Below are positions 62,408 through 64,000 of a stretch of 64,000 nucleotides of DNA, in pieces; position 1 is the stretch's first letter; each line of letters starts with the position of its first letter. The position numbers and the translations under genes were made by a program. Origin of the DNA: Octopus sinensis. Its lineage: Eukaryota. The stretch lies in the NCBI RefSeq assembly GCF_006345805.1, contig NC_043014.1, positions 21,514,001 to 21,578,000 on the forward strand, written 5' to 3'. Below the pieces are notes generated by a model that was not told the DNA's origin, ran no database searches, and was given only the letters and a program-made list of their open reading frames with translations.

Positions 62408-64000
62408 TTAAACTGTATATTTATTTATAGCCCACAGGGGACTAAACACATAGAGGACAAACAAGGACATACAAAGGGATTAAGTCGATTACATCAACCC
62501 TAGTGCATAACTGGTATTTATTTAATCAACCCCAAAAGGATGAAAAGGCAAAGTCAACCTCAGTGGAATTTGAATTCAGAACGTAATGGCAGATGAAATA
62601 CCACTAAGCATTTCACCCAGCATGCTAATGATTGTGCCAGCTCGCTGCCCTCTTAAACTGTATATTGACCTGACTTTTTACCAAATCTGCATTCCAATGA
62701 TCACTAACAACAATGATACCAAACATAGGCACAAAGCCAGAAATTTAGCTAAAGAAAATATACTGGTGCTTTATCAACTCTAGGAGGATGAAAAAAAATG
62801 TAACTAAATAAACAACAATGTTCTACCAAATCTGTGATTCAAAAATAACCGTAATAACCTTATGGTGATGATTATGCGGTGATGCATATAAATGTGACAG
62901 AATTCCTGATCTGAGCTTCTTTCACTCTACTTTGTCCAACTGGTAATAAATTTCAAAAGACCGTATTAATATGCTGAAGACTAAAATTGAATCAGAGTTG
63001 CCTTTTGAACCTTCGGTCTAATGCTCTCTCAACTATTTCAGCTATCTACAAACGGTTTCCTAATTTTTATAAATACATTTACTGCAATTAAAATAAAAAT
63101 ATTTTTCTGAAGTATACCAAACAAAATACATTAATTAATGAGTAGAGAAAAAAACTTTCAAAATTTTAGAAATAATGTTTTTTTTTTTTTGTCCTTTTAT
63201 GTTTCATGTTTATCTGAAATACAGCTATTTACTTAAATAGAACAGACGTATTACAGCAAACAAATAGTCTCATTAGAAACATTCAGAACATGTCTCCATG
63301 GACCCCATTGATTGCATGCAACATATCAAGATGATACAATACAATCAATTGAGGAAGTTGTAAAGATAATTTATAAACATCCTGTGTGTGTGTGTAAACA
63401 TACCTAAACAAGTTTACCCCCATCCCATTGGACTTTGTTTCTTCATAACCTTAAAAAAAAAATTTAAAAATCGATATTTTTAAATGAAATTATCAACTTC
63501 CGATGGTGAAGTTTCCAAGTATATCAGAATAGGTTTTTGAAAACTTTTCCAAAAATTCACACGTGTCTGCTTTGTTTCCTCACAACTTTTAGAAAATTGA
63601 ATATTTTTTAGTGAAATTTTCTACAAATATTTTCAGATGGTGTAAATGACAATTACAGCAGGATTTAATGTAGATGGGGTGGGAATTGGTGAGCGTGCAC
63701 ACTTCTACATACATTACATATAGACACGGACGGGTCATTTGAAGTTTTCTTTGAAAAGTCAAGTTCCAAATTATCTTTACACATTTGGCTCGTTACATTC
63801 GAGATTGCTTCAATTTGGCCAGCCCCAAAGAAAAACTAAGCTAAGAGCATTAGATTCCTTGGAATATATATCTTTTATTGTTTAATTATTTCAGTCATTA
63901 GACTGCAGCCATGCTGGGGCACCACCTTGAAGAATTTGTAGTTAAATGAATTGACCCCATTACTTATTTTTTAAAATCTGATACTTAACCTATCAGTTCT

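Overview
AT-rich, microsatellite-dense eukaryotic genomic DNA. The repeat content (tRNA-derived SINEs, RTE LINEs with (GAT)n tails, mariners, Helitrons) suggests an octopus or other coleoid cephalopod; this is an inference. Two protein-coding genes could be reconstructed by hand with consistent splice phases, and they are convergent. (1) The last three exons of a + strand RI-like leucine-rich-repeat protein (2371-2565, 38373-38465, 39099-39215), with one 35.8-kb intron. (2) A - strand TatD-family nuclease with a long Ser/Arg-rich N-terminal extension (TATDN2-like; exons 53252-54516, 50739-50907, 50421-50550, 46845-47057, 43811-43951, plus two candidate 5' exons). Almost everything else is transposon-derived: RTE, CR1 and RLE-type LINE fragments, Penelope-like elements (PLE), three Helitrons (one splits a PLE ORF exactly at an A^T site), mariners, a pogo-like element, MITE/foldback elements and SINEs. 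The most interesting non-obvious signal is a set of hammerhead ribozyme motifs of two architectures. These include a ~340-nt tandem-plus-inverted, retrozyme-like unit at 14996-15630 and minimal dimer-type hammerheads at 10293 and 44560. A second lead is an in-frame ATG-ATA-TGA at the predicted TATDN2 5' end, which would need readthrough or A-to-I editing to give the full-length protein. No database searches or folding computations were run. Exon and Helitron boundaries were counted base by base; most other repeat boundaries are approximate.
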